Assembly: GCA_963767735.1 (NCBI GenBank)
Contig: CAVYES010000004.1
Location: 448,001-512,000, forward strand
Origin: Candidatus Bathyarchaeota archaeon
GTDB taxonomy: Archaea; Thermoproteota; Bathyarchaeia; Bathyarchaeales; Bathycorpusculaceae
DNA length: 64,000 bases
Direction of reading: 5' to 3'
How positions within the stretch are numbered: the stretch's first letter is position 1; every line of letters starts with the position of its first letter. The notes beneath the pieces are model-generated. The model ran no database searches. It was not told the DNA's origin and worked only from the letters and a program-made list of their open reading frames with translations. The translations under genes were made by a program, and so were the position numbers. Of this stretch, positions 30,844-41,130 are shown in pieces.

Positions 30844-31293
30844 TTATTTTTTATTCCTTTTTATTTTACTGAGTTGTTCTCGTAGCGCTTTGCGTTCTCC
30901 TTCTTCCATGTTGGTTTCTTCGATTAGGAAGCTGGTAACGGCTTCGCCGAAATTGCCGATCAAGCTTGCGAGAACCTCGCGGACGGCCGATTTTTGAAAA
31001 TTTTGTTTTCCAAGTTTAGGCCAGTAAACATAGTAGAGTCCGCCTCTTCCCTTTTCTATTTTTCTGTCCAGTAAGCTTTTCTCGAAGAGTCTATCCATGG
31101 TAGACATGACGGTTGTGTAGGCTATTTTCTTGGTCTTATTTAGGGCTGCTTGGATTTCTCTGACTGTTATGGGTGTTTTTTTGGAGCCCCATATTGCCTC
31201 CATGATGTTGGATTCCAGTGGGCCTAGAAAGGCTTCTAATGCTTTGCCTTCTATGTTGTATTGTGAGAATCCTGGTTTTTTCTCTTCAATCAT
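30844..31293 (-). CDS. BlaI/MecI/CopY-family repressor
   Basis: LGPLE..IME.IW, TVREI, AYTTVMSTMDRL; start placed at MIEEKK, downstream of the operator. Confidence 0.9.
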   Translation of the reverse strand: MIEEKKPGFSQYNIEGKALEAFLGPLESNIMEAIWGSKKTPITVREIQAALNKTKKIAYTTVMSTMDRLFEKSLLDRKIEKGRGGLYYVYWPKLGKQNFQKSAVREVLASLIGNFGEAVTSFLIEETNMEEGERKALREQLSKIKRNKK

Positions 31294-31308
31294 AGCTTGA
31301 GACCACAT

Positions 31309-31325
31309 TACTATCGTGACTAGTA
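31309..31325. promoter_or_regulatory. BlaI-type operator 1, TACTA-N7-TAGTA
   Basis: TACTATCGTGACTAGTA between the TATA-like element and the blaI start. Confidence 0.75.
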
Positions 31326-31407
31326 GCTCTTTAAGCTTTCGAAACAAAGATTACTTTTTTCACTTTTCAGTTTCAAAAAAAGAAAGGTGAGGAGCTTGCC
31401 ATTTCTA

Positions 31408-32643
31408 TTAAGAGGTTCCTGAACTGGTAGGGGCAGGTCGTGCGCCTAGTACCAATGAAATGTTCATGCTTTGGTTGTTTCGTATAATTGTCAGACTAAT
31501 GGTTTGTCCCGGTAGCGTATATTCTTCGAGGTACGTCGATAGGTCGTCCGAGTTTCTGATTCTTGACCCGTTAGTGGCTATTATGATGTCGCCGCCTATG
31601 TATAAGTTGTTGCCGTCTATTGTGGCTTGAGTCGTGCCTGCTTTGAGACCGGCATTGGCCGCGGGTCCACCGCTTGTTACTTCCTGGACTAGGACGCCGT
31701 ACGTGACAGATACTCCCATTTGTTGCGCGATATCATAAGTCATGTCTACGGTTTCTATGCCCAAGTACGGGTGTTGAGTGTATGTACCAGTAGTTGCTAA
31801 GTCTTGGACTTCTCTCAGTATGGTGCCTGAGGGTATGGCGAAACCTAAGCCTTGTGAGTCGCTAACTATGGCCGTTGTCATGCCGATAACCTGGCCTTGA
31901 TCGTTGAGTAGGGGTCCGCCTGAGTTGCCTGGGTTTATGGCGGTGCTTGTTTGGATGATGTCAGCTATGGCGTATCCGTTTGTGGTGTCTTCGGTGATTG
32001 TTCTGCCCAATGCGCTGACTATTCCTGTGGTCATTGAGCCAGTTAATCCGTAGGGAGTGCCGATTGCTATTACTTCGTCTCCGACTTGTAGGCTTGATGA
32101 GTTGGTTATTGTTAGTGGGACTAGTTCGGATTGTGGGGCGTTAGTTGAAAGTACAGCTAGGTCTGAGTAGGGGTCTGAGCCTAGTACCGTGGCGGTATAA
32201 GTATTGCCGTCTTGGAAGGTAACTGTGATGTTTACGCCGGTGTTTACCACGTGGTCGTTTGTGATTATGATGTCTTGGCCGTTGAGGTCGTAAGTAAATC
32301 CGGAACCGAGGACTTGTTCATAGGTGGGTTGGTTGAATATGGTTGTTGTTGGTTGGAAGTCTTCGACGACTACGACTGAGGGTGACACCTGCTGGTATAT
32401 TTGTGAAAGTGTCGCATTGTCAGGTAAAGTGGCGTCGGTTTGAGCGGTGGAGGTGGTTGCGGCGGTTGAGGTAGATGAGGTGGAAGTGGTTTGGGCTTGG
32501 TTTTGTTGATTGTTGTTAGTGGAGGTGGTTGGGTGGCCTATGTAGTAGCCAGCTACTCCGCCTGTTAAGGTGGCTACGATGAGTATGGTGACTACGAAAA
32601 TGGCAAGTTTGGTTTTTTTGGGCTTTATCGTTGGGTTTTCCGT
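31408..32643 (-). CDS. membrane-anchored HtrA/DegP serine protease with PDZ domain
   Basis: TNDHVV, DLAVL, GNSGGP, PDZ; probable start at ACG 32643 after GAGGAG (ORF track extends to 32721). Confidence 0.9.
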   Translation of the reverse strand, partial: TENPTIKPKKTKLAIFVVTILIVATLTGGVAGYYIGHPTTSTNNNQQNQAQTTSTSSTSTAATTSTAQTDATLPDNATLSQIYQQVSPSVVVVEDFQPTTTIFNQPTYEQVLGSGFTYDLNGQDIIITNDHVVNTGVNITVTFQDGNTYTATVLGSDPYSDLAVLSTNAPQSELVPLTITNSSSLQVGDEVIAIGTPYGLTGSMTTGIVSALGRTITEDTTNGYAIADIIQTSTAINPGNSGGPLLNDQGQVIGMTTAIVSDSQGLGFAIPSGTILREVQDLATTGTYTQHPYLGIETVDMTYDIAQQMGVSVTYGVLVQEVTSGGPAANAGLKAGTTQATIDGNNLYIGGDIIIATNGSRIRNSDDLSTYLEEYTLPGQTISLTIIRNNQSMNISLVLGARPAPTSSGTS

Positions 32644-32673
32644 TGGTTTTGTCTCCTCGCGAATGTTTCGCGC

Positions 32674-32690
32674 TACTAGCGTTGGTAGTA
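32674..32690. promoter_or_regulatory. BlaI-type operator 2
   Basis: gcTACTAGCGTTGGTAGTAgc downstream of TTTATAT (minus strand) of htrA. Confidence 0.75.
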
Positions 32691-32811
32691 GCTTAGCGAT
32701 ATAAACCTTATTCCAATTCACACCCGATTTATTCTATTTGAGGCCGCAATTGTGCCAAATGATGCAGAAAATAAGCGGGCGGTATTTGCGGTTCTATTTT
32801 CCCATAGCAGC

Positions 32812-32828
32812 TACTACCTTAAATAGTA
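32812..32828. promoter_or_regulatory. BlaI-type operator 3
   Basis: gcTACTACCTTAAATAGTAgc overlapping the TATA-like TTAAATA of the wHTH gene. Confidence 0.75.
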
Positions 32829-32850
32829 GCACTGTGTAATTGGTTAAACA

Positions 32851-33207
32851 GTGAAAAACTGGCAGGCAACCAACATGATAAACAGCAATCTACCCATAAG
32901 GCAATTACTAGGATGGCTAATCACGGGAACGAAAGGCGGCAAAACCCGAGCCCACATAATCAAGACCCTAAAAAAATCCCCCCGAAACTCAAACCAACTA
33001 GCCATGCTCCTCAAAGTAAACTACAGAACGATTAGACATCACATCACAATTTTAGAGAAAAACAAATTAATCATCTCCGCAGGAGACCACCACTACTCTG
33101 CCGCATACTTCCTCACGGAATTAATGGAAATAAACTATGGCTTATTCGAAGAAATAACAAGCACAATGAATGATACTAAGAAAAGGGCAATTAAAGTGGC
33201 ACAATAA
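32851..33207 (+). CDS. ArsR-like winged-helix transcriptional regulator
   Basis: WLITGTKGG.TR..II, P.N.NQLA..L.VNYRTIRHH. Confidence 0.85.
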   Translation: MKNWQATNMINSNLPIRQLLGWLITGTKGGKTRAHIIKTLKKSPRNSNQLAMLLKVNYRTIRHHITILEKNKLIISAGDHHYSAAYFLTELMEINYGLFEEITSTMNDTKKRAIKVAQ

Positions 33208-33721
33208 TAACTAACTTATGCGCCACAATCTTAATCTCGTCCTTACCATACCTCTTGCGCTTACAAGCATCCTCAAACACCCCGGGAGTTACCGTTTTCC
33301 AAACCATAATTTCTAACAAACTTACTCTTTTTAGCAAACTAATTGACTATGATGGATTTGAACCCCTAACGCAGCGAAGATATCACCCCAATTCCGCCTT
33401 TTTCTCAACAGTGATCTTAGTTCGTGATGTTGAGAAACACATGACTTCAAAACGTAAAGAAGCAACGTCTTTCTCTCATTGCAATGTCTATCGCTTGATC
33501 AAATCTGTAATAATTTGGGGTCAAATCTGGATATACTTGGGGTCAATATTGAAAAATCATTTAACAAGTCTTCAACAGTATGGAGGGAAAGGGCAATCAA
33601 GAAGAGAAGAGAAAATAGAAAAACAAGGCCATAAGCCCAATAACCGCCTAAATAAAATATCCCCTCAATTCTCTTTTTGATTGCCTTTTTTACAATAAAA
33701 AAATGAAAGGTGTAAAATATT

Positions 33722-35161
33722 ATGGGAATAGTAAGTAGAGCGGTAAGAAATATTTCGAGAAGAAAAATGCGCGCGTTACTAGTAATTATCGCATTAGGTT
33801 TTGCTTTGTCAATCATGATTTCAATTCCTGCAGGTGTTTTGGCTAATGAGAAGACAGCAAACACGGTTTCATCAAGCCTAAGCAACATTATTAGCCAAAC
33901 TGGAGCAACAATTAACCAAACTTTAACTCAAATAGACTGCAGTCTTGCGTCAAGCAATTCAGGGTTCGGTTTTTCTCCACCAAGCGGCACGTCTGGCAGC
34001 AGCGGTTTTTCTCCACCAAGCGGCACGTCTGGCAGCAGCGGAGGCTTTACGCCTGGTCAATTCGGCGGTGGCACTGTAATTGGTCAGTTCGGTGGCGGTG
34101 CATTTGGTGGTGGCCAAGCAAGCCCTATGAACGAGAGCCTATACAATGATATCAACACTACCATCTCTGGAATTGCAGATGTTGAGCCAATACTGCAAGC
34201 TTCTGAAGGAAACAACGTAACAAGAAATTTGGATTTTAATGGGTACACGCGAACCATCACGATTCTCGATGTCACGTACGAGATTGAAGGGGTTCCGCTG
34301 ACTGCCGATCTTGTCAACAACTATCCGATTCTGCCAACAAATATAACTGCTGGAAGTAACTTGCAGGCAGGCGATAGCGGAGATGTCTTGCTTAGCGAAA
34401 ACAACTCTGCGTACTTTGGAGCAGGAGTAGGCGACTCAGTTAGCATTTTAGGTCAGAGCTTTACGGTGGTAGGTATCTACAGTCCATCATCAGTTTCGGA
34501 CACGCAAACGTTATACATGAGTCTATCCGACGCTCAAGCAGTAACTAACAATACAGGATACATAACTAGCCTTACAGTCTTTGCCCAAAACAGTGGTGAT
34601 GTTTCGTCGGTAGCTAGCGCCATAAGTACATTGCATCCAGAGCTTACGGTTACGACAGCCCAAGATCGCGAAAGCACGCTGTCAACTGAGGAATCGGGTT
34701 ATACTACTGCACTGGCAACTGCGAATGCATCTGATAGCAAAACAAATTCAACTGCAATTGAAGAAATTGTCGTGGTGGTTTTAGCAACAAGCTTGATAGT
34801 GTTATTTGTCATGCTCTACACTGTCAAGGAAAGAACCAAAGAGATTGGCACGCTTAAAGCAATAGGCTTTAGCAACTCTACAGTCATGAGCCAATTTATG
34901 CTCGAAGGCATCCTCTTAAGTGTGATTGCGGGCGTAGTTGGTATTGCAATAGGCAGCATAGCAGCACCCACGATTTCATCACTTCTGCTTCCGAGCGTTT
35001 CAGGCACTACGAGATTTGGCGGATTAGCAGTAGCATCGTTGACTCCTGAGCTTGTATTGTTGGGTTTCGGTGTAGCTATCCTGCTTGGAACATTAGGCAG
35101 CCTGTATCCAGCGTGGAGAGCAGCAAAAATAAGACCAGCAGAGGCAATGAGATATGAGTAA
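33722..35161 (+). CDS. MacB/FtsX-family ABC permease
   Basis: RAVRNI.RRK.R, large extracellular domain, [30 protein letters not shown]. Confidence 0.92.
   Translation: MGIVSRAVRNISRRKMRALLVIIALGFALSIMISIPAGVLANEKTANTVSSSLSNIISQTGATINQTLTQIDCSLASSNSGFGFSPPSGTSGSSGFSPPSGTSGSSGGFTPGQFGGGTVIGQFGGGAFGGGQASPMNESLYNDINTTISGIADVEPILQASEGNNVTRNLDFNGYTRTITILDVTYEIEGVPLTADLVNNYPILPTNITAGSNLQAGDSGDVLLSENNSAYFGAGVGDSVSILGQSFTVVGIYSPSSVSDTQTLYMSLSDAQAVTNNTGYITSLTVFAQNSGDVSSVASAISTLHPELTVTTAQDRESTLSTEESGYTTALATANASDSKTNSTAIEEIVVVVLATSLIVLFVMLYTVKERTKEIGTLKAIGFSNSTVMSQFMLEGILLSVIAGVVGIAIGSIAAPTISSLLLPSVSGTTRFGGLAVASLTPELVLLGFGVAILLGTLGSLYPAWRAAKIRPAEAMRYE
33967..34038 (+). repeat. perfect 36-bp tandem duplication (GFSPPSGTSGSS x2)
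   Basis: cggtttttctccaccaagcggcacgtctggcagcag twice. Confidence 0.95.
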
Positions 35162-35963
35162 ACCAGTACTGCAATTACAGAACCTGAGCAAGACATATGC
35201 ACTTGGCAAACGCGACGTTCCAGCCTTAGCAAATTTGAATCTTACGGTAAACGCTGGTGAATTTGTGGCCATCATGGGTCCCTCAGGCTCCGGCAAAACC
35301 ACACTGCTAAACGTTATTGGCTGCATTGATAAGCCAACCAAAGGTAAAGTTTTACTGGACGGCATTAATGCATCAGAGCTCCCGGAAAACCAGCTATACA
35401 AGATTAGAAGAGACAAGATGGGTTTTGTATTTCAAACCTTCAATCTTCTGCCATATCTAAACGCTAGAGAAAACGTCGAGTTACCCATGGAAGGACGAGG
35501 CAAACCAAAAAGCGAACAAACAAAAAAAGCAAAAGAACTCTTAGCAATGGTTGGATTGTCAGGAAGGGAAGAGCATAGACCTCAGCGTCTCAGCGCTGGA
35601 GAGCAGCAACGGGTAGCAATTGCACGAGCGTTAGCAAATGACCCCGCTATAATTCTTGCTGATGAACCTACAGGAAACTTAGACAGCCAAAATAAGCAGG
35701 GAATCATAAAGCTGCTTGCAAACCTCAACCTCACGCAAGGCACCACAATAATCATGGTAACCCATGATAGTCAAGCTGCACGCAACACAGAACGAATGCT
35801 TCTGCTCAAAGACGGAAAAATAGTTAAAGAAATGCAAGGCCTGCATGCAAATAAAAAGAACCAGACATGCCCACACTGCGGAAGCCGCATACAAACCACT
35901 GACGATAAATGTCCCACATGCAAAAAACCCATCTACGCAAGCGATGACCTCTTCTCATCCTAA
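35154..35963 (+). CDS. LolD/MacB-type ABC ATPase with C-terminal zinc ribbon
   Basis: [26 protein letters not shown]; CPHC..CPTC tail. Confidence 0.92.
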   Translation: MSKPVLQLQNLSKTYALGKRDVPALANLNLTVNAGEFVAIMGPSGSGKTTLLNVIGCIDKPTKGKVLLDGINASELPENQLYKIRRDKMGFVFQTFNLLPYLNARENVELPMEGRGKPKSEQTKKAKELLAMVGLSGREEHRPQRLSAGEQQRVAIARALANDPAIILADEPTGNLDSQNKQGIIKLLANLNLTQGTTIIMVTHDSQAARNTERMLLLKDGKIVKEMQGLHANKKNQTCPHCGSRIQTTDDKCPTCKKPIYASDDLFSS

Positions 35964-36016
35964 AATGCAAAGACAACAAACCTCCACAAAACTTTTTTAA
36001 ATTTTTGAGGATTTTT

Positions 36017-37231
36017 ATGGAAACTCCAACTATCCCAACTATTCCTTCATCTCCGCTGCCTCAAAAAACTAAGCGTTTTTCAGTCGTTATTATAGTGGTT
36101 CTTCTGGTCGTAGGCTTGGTTGCAGGAGGTTTAATCGGGTACGCGGTAACTTATTCAAATTTTAACGGGAAACTCAATAACATACAAGCTCAATTGCAAG
36201 ATTATTCTCAAAATGCCACAACTTATCCAAACGCATCATTCGTATTAGGCAATAATGTTTCGCTTTCAAACCTATACCAACAAATTCAACCGTCAGTGGT
36301 TGTAATCACAGATCTCTTACCCGTAACAAGTTTCTTTGGTACTAGTTACGATGAACTGCAGGGCTCAGGATTCATAGCTTCGGTGGACAATCAATTGGTC
36401 ATTGTCACCAACGACCACGTAGTGCAGGGTACAACTAATATAACTGTAAGCTTCGCAGATGGAGACAGCTACACCGCACAATTATTAGGTTCAGACCAAC
36501 TAGCTGACCTTGCAGTTTTAACGATAACTCCCATGCCTAGCGGTTTAACACCTTTGACGCTTGTTAGCTCCAGCACTTTACAGGTTGGAGAACCCGTCGT
36601 CGCGGTAGGTTCACCTTACGGCTTATCGGGAACGCTAACCACAGGTGTAATCAGCGCGTTGGGAAGAGTAATAACTGAAACGACTGAAACCGGAGCTACA
36701 GGTCCAACAATCCCTGACATAATCCAGACAAGCACCGCCATAAACGCAGGCAACTCAGGCGGACCCCTACTCAATTATGCAGGCGAAGTCGTTGGCATAA
36801 CGACAGCTGCTGTGAGTGATTCTCAGGGTTTAGGGTTTGCAATTCCATCAGATACCATAATGCGCGAACTCAGCTCACTGGTGACAACTGGTTCATACAA
36901 TCAGCATCCCTCCATTGACGCCACACTAACAGACATGAACCTTCAGATTGCTCAAGCCATGGGAACCAGCGTTACCTATGGATCGCTCGTCGAAAGCGTT
37001 TCAACACAGAACGGCCTTAAAGGCGGCTCAACCCAAGTTACAACTTTAGGCTCAACCGTAACCATCGGCGGCGACATAATAATAGCCATCAACGGAACAA
37101 GAATAACCAACACTGACTCACTACTTACCTACCTAGAACAAAATATGCTACCAGGACAAACCTTTAATTTCACAGTCATACGTAACAACCAAACGCAAAC
37201 AATTGCAGTCACAATCGGAAAACTCTCCTAA
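36017..37231 (+). CDS. second HtrA/DegP serine protease with PDZ domain
   Basis: TNDHVV, DLAVL, GNSGGP; ATG 36017 after GAGG. Confidence 0.9.
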   Translation: METPTIPTIPSSPLPQKTKRFSVVIIVVLLVVGLVAGGLIGYAVTYSNFNGKLNNIQAQLQDYSQNATTYPNASFVLGNNVSLSNLYQQIQPSVVVITDLLPVTSFFGTSYDELQGSGFIASVDNQLVIVTNDHVVQGTTNITVSFADGDSYTAQLLGSDQLADLAVLTITPMPSGLTPLTLVSSSTLQVGEPVVAVGSPYGLSGTLTTGVISALGRVITETTETGATGPTIPDIIQTSTAINAGNSGGPLLNYAGEVVGITTAAVSDSQGLGFAIPSDTIMRELSSLVTTGSYNQHPSIDATLTDMNLQIAQAMGTSVTYGSLVESVSTQNGLKGGSTQVTTLGSTVTIGGDIIIAINGTRITNTDSLLTYLEQNMLPGQTFNFTVIRNNQTQTIAVTIGKLS

Positions 37232-37260
37232 ACCCCGATTTCCCCCAACGTCGTTATCTC

Positions 37261-37370
37261 CAATACCTTATAACTAATATCGCCATTCTTCAAGAAATTA
37301 GCCTTGCCGTCGCCGCGGCCATTCTAATAGATATTACCGTGGTCATCCTTTTCTTTGTGCCCTCGCTAGC
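37261..37370 (+). pseudogene. short remnant of an MMPL/RND transporter C-terminal TM region
   Basis: ILQEISLAVAAAILIDITVVILFFVPSL, no start codon. Confidence 0.5.
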
Positions 37371-37724
37371 GCGGGCCGTGAGCAGCTCTTCAGACTAAGG
37401 GACATACTCAATGAGCTAAAATGCAAACAGGTGATTACAGTTTCCCACGAAGCGGAATTGGAAAGCTTTGTAGATAAAATTTTTAGGATAACAAAGGTTA
37501 ATGGTGAATCTACAATTTCGGCGGTTTAGAGGTTAAGGGATTCTGCCGTCAGCTTAACATTAACTGTTATTCAGTAGATGTAGTTCCAAAACTTCCTTGC
37601 AAATTAACCGGGTAACCACTGCCTAACTCTGCAATTGTTACATCGACGTGTTTCTTGAAAACTTTGGCTATACATGCGTGCTCAGGCGATAACTTAGAAA
37701 GTTTTCGCTTTTAAGCAGCCCACT

Positions 37725-38078
37725 TTGCCGTTTTCAAGATTTAAAAGGCTCCAGAATATTTCATGGGGACGTAAAATGACAAAACAAGCAGAACCAGAAA
37801 AAACCGTTACGTTGACCTTTGACGAATTTGAGAACGCGCTCTTAAAGGTGTCACGATGTCTAACCATTGAGCAAAAACGAGTTCAAGAAGAACTTGAGAA
37901 GGCGTTTACCCAATATGGGCGAGCGTTACTTTATGCGAAGCATAATCTGAATGAGCCGTCGGTTCAAGTCAGGAGAGAACTTGTAGACAACCCGAGTGCA
38001 CAACTGAATCTCTTAAACTCAATTTCAAAGGCTATTCAACAAAGTATTTTCTATTCCATTGAAAAATATTCCACCTGA
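37725..38078 (+). CDS. hypothetical protein
   Basis: 117-aa ORF, probable start at MTKQAE. Confidence 0.5.
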   Translation: MPFSRFKRLQNISWGRKMTKQAEPEKTVTLTFDEFENALLKVSRCLTIEQKRVQEELEKAFTQYGRALLYAKHNLNEPSVQVRRELVDNPSAQLNLLNSISKAIQQSIFYSIEKYST

Positions 38079-38104
38079 CACCTGAGCTTTACTAAATAGC
38101 CTGA

Positions 38105-38215
38105 ATGGATTTATGGGCTTCTCCGACACATTTTTTTGGTGAGTCGGGCTGAACTTAGACTTACTTTTCTTAAACCCGGCTCCCTTTGGAAACAATGAAG
38201 TACCTTGACTATTAA
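38105..38215 (+). pseudogene. scar of a deleted glnA paralog
   Basis: 38183-38215 is 29/33 nt identical to the 3' end of glnA (PLETMKYLDY* vs PWEIMKYLDY*); DLWASP at 38108 vs DLWAAP in glnA. Confidence 0.7.
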
Positions 38216-38600
38216 GTTGTGGTATTTCATACCAAAAAACCGTCTATAAAGTTGGGGTATTACCATATACTTTTCTTTTTCCATTTAGTTTACCAGACTG
38301 TAGTTAGGCTGATGCGACCATAAGTGCGTTTTGTAGACCAAAAGGCTCGCTCACTAAAAGAATGAAGTGGGAATTGTTCACTTTCACTAAACCCTCACCT
38401 GTTCTAAACCGTCGTTTCGGCATTGGACTTTTAACAGGTGTTTACACTGCTCCAGCGCGCTTTGACGATAAATAACTTTGGACTGGAGGTCTACAGACAC
38501 AAGATTGTTAATTTTTCGAGGGTTTTCTGTTGACCTGTTGTACAGTTCCTTTTAAGCCAAATAAATGTTTGAAATTATTAGTTTTAAAGATCTATTTTAC

Positions 38601-38745
38601 ATATTGACATGTTCTTATGTTCGACAACTAGGGGTTCTCAGTGTGATTTGATATGCTTGTGTTATGTATGAGGGTTTATCTAATGGTTTATGCATTATTA
38701 AGACATGACAAATGTGTCTTAAAAAGACATATCGTACATATGTAG
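38601..38745. promoter_or_regulatory. cluster of ACAT/ATGT half-sites and palindromes upstream of the PadR gene
   Basis: AGACA-N9-TGTCT, TGTCTT-AAA-AAGACA, TACATATGTA. Confidence 0.4.
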
Positions 38746-38776
38746 AACAAAACTACACAAACAGAAGGAACAAAAA

Positions 38777-39178
38777 ATGATTAACAACCACCCCAAAGAA
38801 ATCCAAACCAAACTCACCAAAGGCTTACTCGACATGATCATACTTCAATTTCTCGAACAGCAACCCATGCACGGCTACCAGGTAATCACCAACATCCGTA
38901 AAAGCTTTGGCGTCTACTTCGGTCCCAGCACAATCTACCCCCTCCTCAACACACTTGAAAAAAAAGGCTACGTCAAAAGCCAATGGAACATGCTCACCGA
39001 ACGACCCAGAAAAGTTTATAGTCTTACACATGAAGGAAAAACTGTATTGAATTTCACCGAAGGATCACTGACTCTAATATGCAAAACCATGTCTTCTGAG
39101 AACAAAGTAAGAATAGAAGCGTCACCACTCCAAGCAAAAAGGTCCGAGTTCCCACCATTAGGAATTCATGCGAGATAA
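38777..39178 (+). CDS. PadR-family transcriptional regulator
   Basis: PMHGYQ, GPSTIYPLL..LEKKGY, RKVYSLT.EG. Confidence 0.92.
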   Translation: MINNHPKEIQTKLTKGLLDMIILQFLEQQPMHGYQVITNIRKSFGVYFGPSTIYPLLNTLEKKGYVKSQWNMLTERPRKVYSLTHEGKTVLNFTEGSLTLICKTMSSENKVRIEASPLQAKRSEFPPLGIHAR

Positions 39179-39371
39179 AAGCGACTAACGCGCGGTGAAT
39201 TCCTGAAAAAGTTAAGGGTTGTGAGTATTTTCAAATGGGAAGGACTATGGCAAGCGCTACACAATCCCTCACCATCTTATAATTAAACAATACGTAACAA
39301 AAGATTTTTCCACAATTCGATACAAACTTCATAAGGGTAGAATAGCGCGCTGCTTATTATCTAAAAAAATA

Positions 39372-39761
39372 TCAGGAAAGCGCGCGTTCTGACGCATTCA
39401 TCAGAATTTTTAACGCTTTAACTTCGTCTCGCAATGCATTAACTTCACTTTCTAAAACAGTAGACTTTGCCTCAGCTGTTTTTTTGAGTTCGTCAATTTC
39501 AAGTAAAAGGCTTTTCTGTTCGGTTTTTAGATTTTTTATTTTTTCAATTGCGTTTTTGGGGGCGCTCATCTCTGCGGTTAAATCAACCTCTAATCCCTTA
39601 TTATTTTCCTCTAAACTTGAAAGTGAAAAAGATCTATAATATCTCTCTTCATCTACTCGCCGCTGCAGGAAAACTCTAATATGTCTCAAGAATTCGGTTT
39701 TTTGAGATTTAGAAAGCATGCGCAGATCAACTATTGTTTTTTCCATGTTTACTTTACCCAA
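39372..39761 (-). CDS. small coiled-coil hypothetical protein (start possibly at MSAPKN)
   Basis: Heptad-rich C-terminal 65 aa. Confidence 0.45.
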   Translation of the reverse strand: MGKVNMEKTIVDLRMLSKSQKTEFLRHIRVFLQRRVDEERYYRSFSLSSLEENNKGLEVDLTAEMSAPKNAIEKIKNLKTEQKSLLLEIDELKKTAEAKSTVLESEVNALRDEVKALKILMNASERALS

Positions 39762-39909
39762 GTTTAAGAAATCTTATTTCTTAATAAATAGCTTATTTCA
39801 AAAGCAAACATATGTCCCAATTGGGTACGCGCGCGGTTTTGGGAATATTACGTGAACTGGCTCATAATTATTATATATTAATACTTGACATGTACTCAAG
39901 GTGAAACGG

Positions 39910-40551
39910 ATGGTTGACGTATTCAAAAAAAGAAACAGACCTGAATCCAATAAAACAGAGCTATATTCAAATGAAGAAAAAATGACTCAAAGACCTATTA
40001 GCAACACGACAAACTCCTCGAAGAAATTTATCCTAATACATCAAATAACTTGAGTAATGGCAATGCACAAAGAAAACGAAAGCATCTACTTGTTTATAAT
40101 AGAAGAAGAATACAAAAGAAACAAAACAAACCAAAATGCCCACGAGGACTTGTTAGGAAAAGCAGAGCTGTCAATCTTAACCGAACAAAATCATGCATCT
40201 GTTCTTCAAGAATTAGAAAAGATGCATCCAACCTGCGAAGTAATTCAAGAACCCAAACGGCGTCAAAGACCTAAAAGACACAAACAAACAGTTCCAACCC
40301 AAATTGCAGAACCGCCAAACACACCTGACGACTTGGACCTTTTGGAATCTTGTCCAAAAAATAAAAGCAGAAGAAAGAGAACTGCTCGAACAAAAACAAG
40401 ACCCATTAACAACACACAACTCCTCTACAACAAACTCATCGAGGAAACTGAGAAAAAGAAGACAGCAATCAATAACTTGAAAACAGAAATCAACAGATGC
40501 AAAGAACTCACACAATCGCTCGAATCCTCGTCAACAATTAGCGTGTTGTAG
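39910..40551 (+). CDS. hypothetical coiled-coil protein, interrupted by in-frame TGA at 40051
   Basis: ATG 39910 after AGGTGA is in frame with ORF 40057-40551. Confidence 0.4.
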
Positions 40552-40881
40552 AAAAGTTTCTTCATTGTTTGTATCGTCAAGCTTCTTTGACACTCAACTT
40601 TTTCGATTCAGTATTCACGACAAGCAACAACATTCTCCTTCTCGAGTAAACTCAAGCTATAATTAACGCCATAACTCTTGTAATAGCTAAGAAGTATATG
40701 CCTAAAAACTTGTAAATGGTGTCTATGTACCTGAGAATGACCCATGTTAAAGTTAACACGTGCTTGGCAAGGTGGGCGAGAAATAAAATAAAGAACACAA
40801 AGTTAGACATTTTGCAAATTAACAGATTTGTCGCAACATTCCGGACTCCACTAATTACAGAAACGCGCGCTAACCGCCACA

Positions 40882-41115
40882 TTAACTGTGTAGTTGTGTT
40901 TTTATTATTTCTGCGTTTATTTTTGGGATTGTTATTCGTCCCTCTTTGTTCATTTTTGTGTATAGGTTTTCTTGGATTCCGCGTTCGAACAGTCGGACGG
41001 ATACTGTTAGGAGTTGGGTGGGTTCTAATTTGAATTCCCATCTGATGAGGGTGGGGATTTGTATTCGGTTTCTTTTGCCTATGGCTGCTTTGAAGCGTAC
41101 TGAACGCGTTAGGGC
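40882..41115 (-). pseudogene. tandem AbrB/MazE-like (swapped-hairpin) DNA-binding protein, start codon lost
   Basis: ALTRSVRFKAAIGKRNRIQIPTLIRWEFKLEP...KMNKEGRITIPK; two RI.IP motifs; absent from the ORF track. Confidence 0.65.
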
Positions 41116-41130
41116 TTAACCCTTTTCCTG

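Noticed and set aside
33255-33680. 141-aa ORF in the ArsR-ABC intergenic region
   Set aside because: No recognisable motif or SD; looks non-coding, and the recurring CCCCAA words are too weak to call as operators
40051-40053. In-frame TGA as selenocysteine
   Set aside because: No Cys-type redox context or SECIS-like hairpin recognised; more likely nonsense decay or error
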